A stretch of 63,827 nt of DNA, filler included, from Platydemus manokwari (GCA_037951405.1; 6 parts of 6 records of this genome joined end to end with filler, not necessarily neighbours in it); one strand, 5' to 3'. Counted from the whole stretch's first letter, positions 40,701 through 54,920 are shown. Notes: generated by a model not told the origin, from the letters alone. Numbers and translations: made by a program.

Positions 40701-43700
40701 TTTAAATTAAACAAAAACTAAGATTTATTTTGCATGAAAATGGTCTTCACGAGGCGGTGGGAAGTCCCTCACTTCGACTTTAATTTGAATATTGATATAT
40801 TTTGTAAAGTTGTATTTGCCTTGTCATGTTCTCGGTATATTATGTCGCTATGATAACACAGTATGAGTTAGCGGAAATATTTAAAGTAACTTTATAATAA
40901 ACTTGCAATTTTTTTAACTCAATCAAGTGGTAGTTTCCATTATGGTTAAATTAATAGCGAACAAATATTCGTTTTAAATATACAAATCGAAATTATTAAG
41001 GTACATAAACAATATCTTTTCATTAAACGTAATGATATTAAAAAATTAATTAAAATAAGATGACTTTCTGGTTTCCAAATCTAACTCAAATATTGTATCA
41101 ACATGCTAAACAAATTCGATAATAGGTATTAAATAAATTCATAAAATCAATATACGAGCACGAAAAACATAAACCACCAAAAGTTGGGCATATAGAGTTA
41201 TGTTGTTGATATCGATTTTAATTACGGCCAAAATGACATCGTTTATGAAATATCGATAAAAAATGATTTTTAAAATCGTTTGATAGGGATTGATAAGAAA
41301 AGAAGCCCGTTAAGCTTGAGAATGTACAAACTTAACATGTATTTATTTTCCTATCGATACATTGATCCATTAATCTTGATATAATAACTGTAATCAGGCA
41401 AGTTCACTAAGGTGTACAAAATGTTGGGAAGTGAATATAGATGAATAACAAGTTCAAGTAATAGTAATAGTTACTAAGTCATCAAGAATTCCAGAAGCAT
41501 GGAAAGAAAAATTGAAACGATGGAATAATTTATACCATGTACAGGTAGTCCGGGAATGAGTCCAGTTTGCGGCAATGGTCGATTATAATATTTATTTTAC
41601 AAATTCTAATGTGTTTGATTTAATTGAGTTATTTTATTGTAAAGCTTTTTTGACCGATTGTAATTTAATAATATATATATGCGATTAAAAACGAAATTAT
41701 ATTTGGGATTTTAATTTCAAATAGTGATTTAGTTGACTCGCAACGCAGTTGATTTTTTACATTTTCATTCGTGAGCTGGTTATAGTTTATCATATTCTAA
41801 ATGCATCTGTAATGCATAATAAGCTGTTATTCAAAATTTATAATATTTCATAAATTTTCGGAATATTAATGTTTATTATACATAACAATGAATGGAATGA
41901 AGAACATCTTGTAATTTTCTTAATTTACGGAAAAATGAAAATTATTTTTGTAATAATTTGTACAATTTTGGAATTTCATTTACTTGTTTACAGTCAATCT
42001 TTCTGACTAGTGTTGAAATCATTCAATAAGGGAAAATCAAAGATATTTTGTTTTTAAAGTTTGAGCTTTATTATGAAAGTCTTGTCTTTTGATTATTTTT
42101 GATGCTTTTGATTTAATTTATGGAAATTGTTTGTTCAGTACATTATTCTGAGCTTTCAAATCATCTTAGTTTTATAATGGTAACTTGTAAGTGGTTTTTT
42201 CCACATAATATACTCTTAAAGAAATAATATTATGATCGCATAGTAAATCTCAGTATATATATGTTAACATCTTAGTTTATCAACATTTTTTATTTTATAG
42301 CTTATAGGAAATGCGGATGTTTAAAAAAATTCCACAAAGCAGTTTGCTCGGTCTTGGGTAAAATTGATTTTACAAAATTTGTTTTATTTGTTGCATAATG
42401 AATAACGGATTGAGTAATAAATAAAATAAAATATCTGATTAACGTGTATTCAAATAAAATTAGTTTGTAATAATAATTGCGCCTCATGTGCAATATATAA
42501 ATGTTCGTCAATTCTATCTAAATAGTGTCCAATTTTTGTGTGTTTGTAATTAAAACGATTTAAGTATTTTTAGTTGTTATTCTTTGTACGTTGGAGATCT
42601 TTTTAACATTGCTTTAAAATTATGGGCTTTACTACTAAATCTGGGTCTTTGCCCTAGCAAAGTTCCTTGTTTTAAGCTAATTTGTCTTTGTTGGCCCTTG
42701 TTTTGTATTTGTTAATATAATTTTCTTTGTCTGTTTCTTCTGTATTTAAACTTTTCGTAGTTTACATAATTTAATTTTATTCACGGCTGAATGTTCTTAT
42801 TTTAACAATTTTCTTATTGCAGTACATTCGTAATTTAAACTAGCAGAAAATGAAGAGCTATTTAATAAAATGATTAGAACAGCATTTTGATAACTATAAA
42901 ATATCTTGTTTTTGAACTAATGAGTTATTTTAACTTTAAATAGCTTTGACTTTCTAATTCAAATATCAAGATAATTTTCTAATGATTAATTAAAATATAA
43001 TTTATGGCAACTTTGCAGCTAATTCGCCCCATTTAGCAAATCAAATAAAGTTTTATAGTTTTAACGTAACACTAGTCGTAATATTCTATTATTGATTTCA
43101 TTTATACTATTACATATATTATCTTGCATAAGCATTTATACAATTTCATTTTTCCGATTATTTTTAAATGGTCATTGTTACTTTTATTCTTTTTCGCAAT
43201 AACTATTTTTACTGTTATATGAAAGTTTTTTAAATAAGACCATAAATCTTTTATTTGTAAATATTACATTTTATGAAATTGTTGAGTTCTAAGCCTAACT
43301 TGTGATGTCAGATAAAAAATCAAGAGTTTTTACAAATATGTATTTATTTAACAGGCATTATATTATCAATGATAAAATCGCACATTATTTAATGTTCATT
43401 GTTAATAATATTTAATATTAACTTATGATGTCTCATATTTCTAAGTCTATAACTTTAGTATTATCGTGTTATCTGATTAGACCCTCTAATTCTGGTTAGT
43501 AAAGAAAAGAGAATACCAAAGTAGGTATTGTTTAAAATTCATTTTTATTACTATGTACAAGTTTTTAAAACAAATAAAGCTACCATGAAGTGTTAACGTC
43601 TAATTTGTCAGCAAAATAGAACTAAGTTTGATACAATTCTGAAATACCAGGACAAAATATATATAGAGGTCGCTATACAATACTAATCAAGCTTATAATA

Positions 43701-44049
43701 ATCATTGCATACTTTTGTAGTTTTCAGTTGAAATGGCAAAATTCACTGTTTTGTCTGATTTTATACAACTTGTAAGACTTAACCCTGTTAGGTGTGACTT
43801 ATTAGTATTTCATGAATATCTCTAAATTTTTATAATTACATACTTCTATTAATACTTTATTATCACTAAAACTCGTTGAATATGGGTTTTAATGTGAGTT
43901 ATATAAATATATACAATTTAATTAATTTTAGTTATTTTTATCTTTAACTCGGTATTTTTAATTACAGTTATTTTTTCTTATTTGTTATAATCTTATTCAA
44001 CAAGAACTTAATTGTTTTTCTCTGAATCATTTATTATGTACTTCTTACT

Positions 44050-45300
44050 TTAATCTCTTGTTGGATTTGTTGGGTTTATTTATAAAATCTCGTATGTCAG
44101 TCATTAATTCCCGCTCAAATAACTCTGGGAAATTATATTTCATTGCTACTATTTTGAGGTTCAGACAATCAAGTATTGGCAATTTGTAATGTGAATTACT
44201 CTGGTGATTCGTCCATTATTCTGATGATATTGTGTTGTCTCGTTTTATGTATGACAATTGTTTCAACATTCCTGGATTTGGTTGAGAAAGGTTGTCTTAA
44301 TACCTATTATTAATAAAATTACTACACGAAGAAAAATAATATCTGGATTCAGTATTTATTAATCCAACTAAAATGTCAAAATAATTATTCTAAATTAAAC
44401 AAATTCTTTTTCTTTCTCAGAGTTTCTAATTAAGAAATATGTTTAAGATTTTGAAATTCGAAAGTAACTATTTTTAATCCTAACTAAGCTATTTTGGATT
44501 AAATTTTATTTTATTAATTATAAAATTAAATTTTACTTAAGGATCATTTAACGTAAAATTTAATGTTATTTTCAAATTTTAATAAAGAAAACAAGTAGGT
44601 AAATAATTATATTTTTTCGCTGCCTTCTATTTATCATGGTTCTCTAATACTCAGAACTTATTTTTTAATTAGCCCCTTTTTTGTTATATGCCATGGAATT
44701 GCAAATATCAGAAATATTCTCATTTTTAATAGTCATTAATTTTTCTTTGGAGTATTAAATTTCGAAATAATTTTCTATAGTTTTCATGTTTTTTTGTTCT
44801 AATTACATTAAGAGATCTGTTAAATTTTTCAATCGTATTAATTTTTTTCTATAAAATAACACTTTTCTCAGAGGTTATCATTTAAATATTCTGATTTTTT
44901 ATGTTCTTAATGGTAATTTTTAATGATTGGTAGGCTTCACATCTAATAACCATTATCACTATCTAAATTTCAAACTTTGCAATTATTTTTCAATCGTGAT
45001 ACTTTTCATTAATACTTGACTTAGTTATATCTCTTACTTTGAGCGCTGCTATTCTATTTTACGATCTTTAGTGCATTATTTGTTGTAACGCATTTTGTGT
45101 TCGTTTTATTCCTTCTTAATTATTTTGAATTCTTCGTTTGTTATTTACCAACTACCAAATAATATAAGTATTTTTGTTAATGGTTTTCTATTTCCTTACA
45201 CTGATAGTGTTATATTTAGTCAATCAACTGCAAACTTGTTTTACTGGAATTTGTCGAAACCATTTTTGAATTTCTTTAAACTACTAAATATTATGCTTAT
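44050..45300 (-). mobile_element. Possible very degraded LTR-retrotransposon pol remnant
   Basis: TTQYHQNNGR-like integrase piece at ~44205-44240; otherwise only traces. Confidence 0.3.
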
Positions 45301-45773
45301 CAGCAGTCTAAATCGAGCTATTTTTGAATTTGTTATCAACATATGTGTAATTACTTAAAAGTCTTGAAGTAAATTTGATAGGAAATAAGTAATGGTTGAT
45401 TTGCTCAAATTTTGTTTGTATTTCATGATGGATATATTACTTAAACTTATTGATTTGAAATACTTTAAATCTCATTCAGCTAACATAATTTTACTTTTTT
45501 ATTAACTTATCCTTGCTCTTTATTAAATTAAACTGTTTAAAAATTCACACAATCTAATATATTTTCTTCATTTTCATACGAAACTAATATGGTACAAGTG
45601 TTTTATTGACTTTATTTTTTTTCTAAATTTATCTATTTCTCTCATATTTGATATTTTAAAGTTTTATAATTTCTAAACATTTTGTTTCACTACTTTTTTA
45701 CAGCTTATAACTCAACGATTGACGATTTCACTAGTAAAATTGAATTGATCTTCCCTAATCTCAATTTATATGT

Positions 45774-45873
45774 NNNNNNNNNNNNNNNNNNNNNNNNNNN
45801 NNNNNNNNNNNNNNNNNTTAATTAATTAANNNNNNNNNNNNNNNNNNNNNNNNNNNNNNNNNNNNNNNNNNNN
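45774..45873. other. Artificial contig-joining spacer
   Basis: N44-TTAATTAATTAA-N44. Confidence 0.98.
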
Positions 45874-46049
45874 TGTACTTAGTTTCTGATTAATTATTTA
45901 TTGTTAATGAATGTTGATAAAAATATTGTCAATTATTATTAACTTATTATTGACTTATTATTATTATGATTATGATTATTATTATTGTTATTATTATTAT
46001 TATAGGCTGTCATTGATATATGTGTATATTATTAAACTAAAATACCAAC

Positions 46050-49000
46050 CGCTAAACTTAATGAATTCATTGAATCATTCATCTCTTTCAATATCCTTAC
46101 ACATGTCTGAATCAAAACCGGATCCGATAGCGATTCACTAATTTTAGAATTGAAAAAACTGTCCAGAACAATCTGTCGAACTTCTACAATTAAAGGTTCC
46201 TTGTCAAACATAGTGATGTATTGCATGAATTCGACAGATGATAACAGTGTCTAAAATATATAATCAAAATTAAAAAGACATTGGATGGAATAAATCGATT
46301 ATAAACAAATTATTTCCAGATAAAATATTATAATCATTACTAAACAAAATAACGCTTTTAGCATTTCAATGATCTCCAACTATTATCAAACAAACATAAT
46401 TTAATATTTCATAGAAAATTTATGAAGCGTACAGTTCTTTTCGGAAATCGTTAGAAATTTTCGACCAATTAATTTTGTTACAATTCAGCTCATTAAAACG
46501 CCACAGTGAAATGGTGTTGATTTCAAAATCCAAATGAAAGGAATTACATATTTATGAGATTCCTTAATTTAATATATCGGATAAAATTTAATGATTTGAT
46601 CGGATCTTCACAATATATCAAGATTAGTAGCCATACATTGTTATTTAAATCCCCCTCATGGATTTTTTTCATTTTCTCATCCAGATTTCAACTGGCATCA
46701 TCAAAAAAACAATGAAATAATGAATGACAATTATATAAATATAAATAAAACATAAATTCATTTTTGAAGAAACTCCAATTTTGCGGCATTGAAATGACAT
46801 CAGACTGACAATGTGAACTATTTCAAGACTTTTTCAAAGAATTCTTCATGTATTTAATAACAAACCAAGCTCTATATAAGATGATTGTTTTGATATTTAA
46901 ATTATATTTATTTATACTTATTTCCATCATGAACTACTTCTCAAAACACACAATTCAAAAATTATTTCATTATAAATTAGACGATTATGACTACTTTATA
47001 AAGTGTTGAAAGTGTTTTACAGACTAAATCATTGACAAATTCCTATCCTTATCCTTTTTACTCATCATTATTGAATTAGACCTTCGAGTTCATCATATAA
47101 TAATTCTTTTACTCATTCGACTTGAAACCATGGTCACTTTATCAAATGTCATTATCAATTACCGATATGTTGTATGTAATAAGCTATTGTCAATGGAAAT
47201 AATATCTTTATACCATTACCCATACAATACATCTTATTTCGTGTTCCATTGTTGGATTTGAGTTAGCAAACTAGCAGTGTATATATTTATACATAAAAGC
47301 AGAATATATGATAGAACAATAAACAAATTGATTCTACAACAGTAATAAATCAATGGGATACAATTATGACAGAACAGAATTATTCAAATCGAAAATAAAA
47401 ATTCTCGAATAGAATATCAATTATTTATCATAGCTGTTATTACAAACAATTAAAAATATAACTGAGAATATTTTATAGTGGAAATTATAATATAAAACAT
47501 AAAATCAATAAGCTTCTATATATTTGTTACTGGTGAATATTGAATTTTCCAACAGCACGCTTGTCACGTTATCGAAATAAGCATTAAAATTGTCGTTATG
47601 GATACGATAAACCCTAAATATCATCATATTCTTGTTCTAATAATTTTAGATATACAGAGATAAAACAGGATAACGGTAATTATTGATTTCATAAATACAA
47701 TTCTCAAAAGTACACACAGATACACGAATAATCTTAGTTAATTCCAACTGGTGTATTACTGGTGACACACTGACACACTTATGATCTCATTGGCCATAAT
47801 CATGCAATTATTCGCATATATATATTGATGTGCGAATATCACTTATATGATGAATTGTTGAATTGATAAATTCGAGTCTCGATATTGATCAATAGAAATT
47901 AATACGATAAATATCTATATAAATCGGTATAGTCTTGTTGAATTTAAAATTTCTATCACCATGGCAACAATAGAATATAAATTGTCATAGAAATTATGGT
48001 TTAAGTTAGGAAAAGGGGTCCGATGACCTACTTTTTCGCGCATGAGGTAATTTTTGTGTCTTAATATAACTGCTATGTTTGATTTATTCTTGTAATTCAG
48101 TTAATATCTCATTTTATAAGATGTCTAACAGCGACAAAACATAGCTTTAAAATCAAGTTCCCATTCTCATCAAAACGCTTCCATAGGATTATTTGAGTTT
48201 TTAAATTTAATTTTTTATAATTATAAATCGAGTTAGTTAATTACAGACATGTTTAATAATGTCATTGGTTATTTTTATAAAATAATTGTGAAAATTGAAA
48301 ATATCTCTCGATTTACTTCTGATATTAAAAAATGGGTCATCGCTAATTTTCAAATAAATTGCAATTCGACCTACTTTTTTCATTTTTTCAAATAATCAAT
48401 TTTTTAGGAGATTTTTAAGCTCTTATCTATTTAATATTTGATTTCAAACAACTAAAATTCTTCTTAAGTACTTCAATAAAGAATTCAAAATTTTTTCAAA
48501 GAATATAATTAAATAAACTATATCGATTTTTGCGATACACTCAACAAATTAAAAGCTTTATTTTAGGACCCCTTTTCTTAACTTTATCCAGAATATTAAA
48601 TAAAATCTTTAACAAAAAATCATGTTCAAATAAATTATCAAAGAAAATAATAACCTCGAAATCACATTTGTAACTCAAAATCTTATTCAATATCGAAATT
48701 AATTGATTGGAAAACTCCTGGCAAAGATTATCACGAGTGACCTCCTTGTGAATGTGACCTAGATATCGGTTGATATGGAAACTGTCGAAATTTTTCGCCA
48801 AAAATTCCGCCCACGCTTCGGCACAATCGATAAAATGACGAGTCTCCGTGAATTTCGTGATATATTTCCAGACAAATTTCAACAATTCCAAAGCTTTATC
48901 GTGTTCAACGCCATTGGACAGTGACACACATGCTCCGAGCTGTTTGTACATCACATATTTCGGATAACTGCTGTCGGGTAAATTGGCAATCAATGTAGCG

Positions 49001-50306
49001 AAATAAAAGGCTTTCTTTTCGATATATGTCGTCGAGATGGAATTCAAAACCGAATGGATGAGTAGCGGATTTTGAGCTTGTTCGATTTTCAAAACGATTT
49101 GATCGATGAGCGATTCCGATGAGCCCGAGCTCAAACATTGAATTATCCAATCAACGGCAGGCACAAACAATTTCAAATAAGGCATGTGTTTGTCGGAATC
49201 TATTTTTAGATTTTCACAATCCCCTGAACTGGTCAATCGATTCAATGAATCAATCGTATCATCGAATCCAATTTGCAGATAATCTTTCCGAATGGGATCG
49301 ATCGATATGCCAATTCGAGCGACAAATGCCCGAGCGTAAGTGGCGAGAAGAGAATTTCCAATGCCACGAGTCATTTTCATAAGTCGTCTCAGTGAATCTG
49401 GAATGATTTTCGAATCGAAGAACTTGTAACACGGTAACAGAGCAGTTTCGATATATAAACGTGCAACCAGTTCTCGAATCGATGCTACTTTGTAGAACCA
49501 ATTTCGAGCGGTTTCTTTGGCGATTTCTGGAACTTGGGATTCTTTAAAATTATCCGGCAACGGTATCAATACTTTCGATCCACGTTGATTGTAAGCCGAT
49601 TTGGATTTCAATCGCTCATAGACGGACACACCGAAATTATCGACTAAATCCGTTATCAAGACGAATTTACTGGGGAAAAATTGAACTACGCTGACTTCCG
49701 ATAGTAATTTGGTGCTTTGGATGATAATTTGAAGAGCTTTCACTCTTTGACCGTCCCGCCATGAAACTTTCAATGCATTTTGTAATTCAGAAATTTTATC
49801 AGTAAATTGTTGAGCATTCAAATTAGATGTTTCGCGAACTTCTTCATCGAATTGATCTAGTTGTTCTAGTCGACTTTTAACTTTATCTAGTATTGAGGTA
49901 GATTTATTTAAAACTCTCACATTATCATCCGGTTTCTGAATGAGGAAACTGCTTATTATAGATAATTTTTCAGAAGTTGTGTATGTAGTTAATATACTAA
50001 TTCTTTTAGAAGACCAAGGCTCTATATTGATTATAGGATCTAATTTCGAATCCATTGAATCATGAAAATTTGATAATGGGTCTGAAATCATTTCTAATGG
50101 CGAATTTTGTGATAAGGGATCTATGTAAGATTGCCTACTCGAATTTAAATTAAAACATTCATTAAATTAATATACTTCAAAGCAGATGATAATTTATTAG
50201 ATTCCTTCACTATATTGGCTTTGGACCCCTTAGTTAATGGATGAGAATCAACAGGAGTAAGATTCGCAGCTTTTTCAAATTTATACAATCGTTCTTTGAA
50301 TATCAT
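46050..50306 (-). CDS. VPS35L: VPS35 endosomal protein-sorting factor-like (Retriever subunit, C16orf62), 5' portion
   Basis: Exons 50176-50306, 48655-50134 and 46050-46250 (phase-consistent; 41-nt first intron). Motifs HPL, DPLS, EPWSSKRISIL..YTTSEKLSI, QRVKALQIIIQSTKLL, FFPSKFVLITD, AKETARNWFYKVASIRELVARLYIE, MFDKE..VEV..SDPVL. The 3' part is lost at the contig end. Confidence 0.93.
48003..48584. mobile_element. MITE-like non-autonomous element in VPS35L intron
   Basis: 19-bp inverted repeats AAGTTAGGAAAAGGGGTCC / AAGTTAAGAAAAGGGGTCC (1 mismatch); related sequence at 57133-57151 and 58633-58860. Confidence 0.75.
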
Positions 50307-50876
50307 AGTTTTGAAATATGTAAAATCTAAAAAATCCACTAAGCAGAATTGTACTACAAAAAATAATTATCATTTAACAATTTTTAATGAATATTTTGAA
50401 TATTTTAGTAAAAAGTTGGTTTCAAAATAATACCTTAAAAAATTTTATAAATTCATTGTAAAACTATAATTAACATTCTAAAATTTCTATATTATATAAA
50501 TGAAAAAATTGCAAAGGTACCTATTTTCAAATTATTATTCCGTTAATAAATGATAAATGATAAATTTAAAGAAAGCAAATTAAAATAGACTTTCAAAATG
50601 TTTTTTATTATTCCTTAATTTAATAATGAAAAATAAAAATAAAACTTAGTTTCAAGAATTAATGTATTCTCTAAAATTTGAATATAAAAATATTTTTTTA
50701 ATATAAAAAATCCCTTTGATTCCCAGTAAATTAACATCATAATTCATCTTAGAAATATATGAAATTTAAATTGTTGATATCTCTGTATTATAACTTAATT
50801 AAGCTTTATTCGTATTATTAATGCAAAATGTTTAATGGTTTCGTAAAATACTCATTTAAAGTATCTGAAATTCACA
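50307..50876. promoter_or_regulatory. Probable bidirectional promoter / 5' UTR region between VPS35L and the BTB gene
   Basis: Divergent start codons 570 bp apart; AT-rich; function inferred from geometry only. Confidence 0.55.
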
Positions 50877-53479
50877 ATGATCGAGGACGTAAGCATATTT
50901 AAAATTATTTTAAAATTAATCTATTATCAGAATAATTATGAAGAAAAGTTGTCCGACGAAAAGGGACTAATAAAAAAGATATCAATGTTTTTTCAAAACG
51001 AATCCCTGAGGTAAAAACATATTATCATTATATAAGTAATAGAGTTTTTAAGTGATGTCCAATTAAAAGTTGGAGAAGCAAAGTACTTCGCTCACAAATT
51101 TATTTTATCTGCTTCAAGTGACGTTTTATCTAAGTTATTTGATAAAAAATGGAAAACTGCAAACAAACATTTAATAGTGTTAGAAGAACATTCGGAATGT
51201 GAGAAAACTTTCTTATATTTTTTAAAATTTTTATACACAGGCGAAGTAATATTTAATAATGATAGAGTTATCGGTCTTTTATGTTTGGCTGATAAATACA
51301 ACGTTGAATCATTGAGGAGTCTAGCTATTGAATACATGCTCAAATATTCCGAATCACCTCATTTGACGAATTCACTAAAATGGTATTCATGGGTGAAATT
51401 TATTGGTTGTAAAGAAATCGTTCGAAATTGCTGGAACACTATTTGTTTTAATTTCCAAAAATTCACATTTGTTAATGAAATATGGATTTCATTAGAAATA
51501 GGTTTTCTCTGTGAAATTCTAGAATCATCATCAATCATCGTCGACTGTGAATATTCTGTTTATGAATTGTGTAAAATTTGGCTCTATAATGATGATCATA
51601 TATCAGAATTTGAATCGTGCGCCTATAAAATTCTACCGTTGATTAGATTTTCAATGATGACTCCAACACAGCTTTATGAAATTGAATGTCGAAATGATTT
51701 TTCAGAAAATCAAAAGATAATGAAACTACTGAAGCTATCATTAATGAAAGCTCACAAGTGGGTTTTGTAATAAGTTTCGATCTGAAATTTGAAAGATTTT
51801 CATGATACCTTTCACTGATAGGTTTTCATTTTTATTTCTATGGTTATATTATTATTAATTTAATATTTATTTCGGATCAATTGAAGAATCTCCACACCAA
51901 AATTAATAAAAAAATTAACCAAATATTAAATCCAAATAAATCAAATATTAGCCAAATTTATGTATTGAGGATACTGTGTTGGCATATATTTGCAAATCCA
52001 TTTACACCAAATCTGTTTCTACACATAAATTCGGACATGTATGAATGTAAAAATTCTCTTTGACATTTACGCATATCATTTATTTAAGCCTTGTACTTGA
52101 TCCAGTTTGACTCAACATGTTGTGTATGAACTCCGTTTATTGGATTGACGAAGTTCACAGAATGGTCAACTGTTCTGTGAGTAAATCCAAGACCTTGCAA
52201 ATTCTTGTATGATCTCCGTTCGTTAGTGTGGATTGAATAATCGATAAAAGTGTGTCCGCATCTCTTTTATCCACAATTTCCATATGACCCAATGCGGTAT
52301 GAACTGTACCCAAAACCCATATAAGATTTATTTAATGAAAAATCTTTATCCTAACTTGGATCAATTGAATAATCTCCCCCTATATTTGTTTAGGGGAGAG
52401 ATTCTTCAACTGATCCTTCATTTCTAGCTTTTATGATTAACTCATTAATTTTAAGAAATCATATGCTATTTTTCTGTTTTAAGAATCTATTTTTAGTAAC
52501 ATTATAATCATTTGTTTGATATCTGATCTTTGTCCTTTCTTGCATTTCATTCTTTGCACTTGGTTATGCTTGGTTATTCAAACTGAAATTTTTAGTTGTT
52601 ATAAAAAGTAGAACGTTAAAGAAACAAAAGAAATTGGGATATGCTGTAGATGAATAACCGATGTCCAATAGTACATAACAACCCGTCATCGCTGAGAGGT
52701 GTTAACAAAATTTTTACGAAATATTTTACAAAGGTTGATAATGAGATAATTTTATGTTTCATTGTAATTTAACATCTTTAAAATAAATTTCGTTCCAGGA
52801 ATGTAAGTTTTATGAGAAAATATTTTCCAACAAGAATTTTTTTTTCTAAAGTACTCCCAATTCAATGATATTTACTTTCTTATTAACTGTGTAGTTCATA
52901 ATGAGCTTTCTGTATTTTATGAGAAATACCAATTCATCAGATCATTAAAATAAGAAAACGTAATTTAATTACGGTAATAAAATAATATCATAGATATCGA
53001 TCGCTATGTTTGTTTGATCTATCGATCAATGAATCATTTGACGATCAATGTTTCAAACCAAGAAATTATTTAAATCTGGTTCTTGATCAGTTCAACAACA
53101 AAATGCCAAGTCGATTGTCGAATTCTATCGATAAAAAGGCTATCAAAACTCCGTATTTCAGTAACGAATTGGCCGATTGGAAGTTGAATTATAGAAAATT
53201 TGCAGAGAAATTCATTGTTACTGTTGTTAATAGATTTTAAAATTTAAATTTATTTCAATGTTTTAGTTTCGATCATCTGATGGTCCGTCGAAAAAACTTG
53301 GAATGAAAGTCCAGTTTGTTTTAATTGCTGTTAACGGAAATGAAGATATTATCAGAGTTGATCAATCGATTCCTATTTCGTATGATAAAGTGACTCAAGA
53401 ATCATTTGAAATAGATTGCACTGGCAAAGAGGATGATGTCAATCATGTTTTAGTTATCATCAAAGTTTTGATATGTTAA
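50877..53479 (+). CDS. BTB/POZ-BACK domain protein (BTBD17-like), complete 5-exon model
   Basis: Exons 50877-50888, 50931-51010, 51053-51757, 52994-53222, 53267-53479 (introns 42, 42, 1236, 44 nt). SDVQLKVG..FAHKFILSASSDV..FLKFLYTG..LADKYNV; BACK ILPLIRFSMMTPTQL; KPRNY. Confidence 0.88.
51958..52400 (-). mobile_element. Merlin (IS1595/ISXO2-like) transposase remnant inside BTB intron 3
   Basis: WVLGTVH..MEIVDKRDADTLLSII; SIHTNERRSYKNLQGLGFTHRTVDHSVNFVNPINGVHTQHVESNW; LHSYMSEFMCRNR. Not in the ORF track because of frameshifts and stops. Confidence 0.85.
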
Positions 53480-53859
53480 ATGTGATTTTTGATACGATTA
53501 TCATTTTAAATTGTTTTGGGGTTTAATAAAAGAAAGTTAAAATTTGTTGATAAAATTTATTTATTTTAAACAGGTTCTGATGTTAATAATTATTTTAATA
53601 CTGATAAAAGCGAGCTCGATGTGAGATTAAATTTTCAAAAGACAAAACGAATTTTCCTTTGTGCCATTATTGAAAAGTATTTTATGTATGAGTGAAAACT
53701 TGTATAAAACCATAATGCAGTTACAACATATATGTACTGATGTTTCGATTACCTTAGTGTGATTTCATTCATTATAGTAACCACTTAAAAATATCGGTTG
53801 TTGCATAGACTTTCTCATTCAGACAATCATCCCAAGTATTCATATTGCAGCGATATTTT

Positions 53860-54581
53860 TAATGAATGAATTACAGGTTAACTTGAAAACACCAGCGGAT
53901 AATTTTAAAATATAGATACCGGTGGACGACGACGTGTCTGAATTGTCAGTAGTTCCATCATCGCCAGCATCACCATGGTAGTATGCCTAGTAATCAATAA
54001 AAGATTATGTAAATTACTAAAAATAGCTTTAATTTAGTGAAATGCTGGCAGAATTATTACTGAAAAAAATTTTAAAACAGAAACTATTTAGTAAATAATG
54101 GTGACATCAGGAAATTATATTTTGCAAAAATAATTAAAACTATTGAAATAAATCAAGACAAATAAAATAGAGGACGAAATTAAATATACAAAAATCATTT
54201 AAATCAAAACTTTTTCCAAACTTATTCAAAACAACATTTAACTCTGCTTTCACAAGCGACATTTGCAAATTGAAATTTATTGCGAAATCTCGAATTGTTT
54301 TGATTTCCACGAGTGGATACTGATAGGTATCCATCATTTACCAGAGGCAATGGAGATTTTTGTACCAAACCATTGGAACCAATTAACGTTGGATTTTTTT
54401 CAGGATCTAGATTTGGATAAATTGAATAATTAGCAACATACATTTGAGGTCTTTGGGAATAATTTGGTGGATAATGACCAACATGCATTGGTGGTACTAT
54501 GCCACAACTGATCTTCGGAACTTCTGATAATGGACAAGTTACAGCAATTCGTGACATGTTATCAACTAAATCTTTCTCCAT
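53860..54581 (-). CDS. Unknown spliced protein-coding gene (Pro-rich), convergent with the BTB gene
   Basis: ORF 54222-54581 with donor CTG|GTAAAT at ~54341 and acceptor TACTAG|GCATAC at ~53986, giving AYYHGDAGDDGTTDNSDTSSST; no family recognised. Confidence 0.45.
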
Positions 54582-54812
54582 GATTTATGATGTTTATCAG
54601 AGAAGTTTAAATTTATTGATTATAAATATTAATTGTTAATCTATGATCCATTGTTGTTAAATTAAATTATTAGTCATACTTCAAACCAATTGTACCTAAC
54701 TCCAGAGCAGAAAGCCAGAAGCCAGTTGAGCGTATTGTTAAAGATTGATGGGTGTTAATAGAATAGAGGTAAGATCAGATTACAAATGCACAATTTGTAA
54801 AAAGATATTGAT

Positions 54813-54912
54813 NNNNNNNNNNNNNNNNNNNNNNNNNNNNNNNNNNNNNNNNNNNNTTAATTAATTAANNNNNNNNNNNNNNNNNNNNNNNNNNNNNNNN
54901 NNNNNNNNNNNN
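54813..54912. other. Artificial contig-joining spacer
   Basis: N44-TTAATTAATTAA-N44. Confidence 0.98.
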
Positions 54913-54920
54913 TAATAATA

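Noticed and set aside
46400-46900. Possible MULE remnant (FHLDFE) in the VPS35L intron
   Set aside because: Single short motif; insufficient evidence
48905-49501. Overlapping alternative ORFs inside VPS35L
   Set aside because: By-products of locally higher GC; no recognisable motifs
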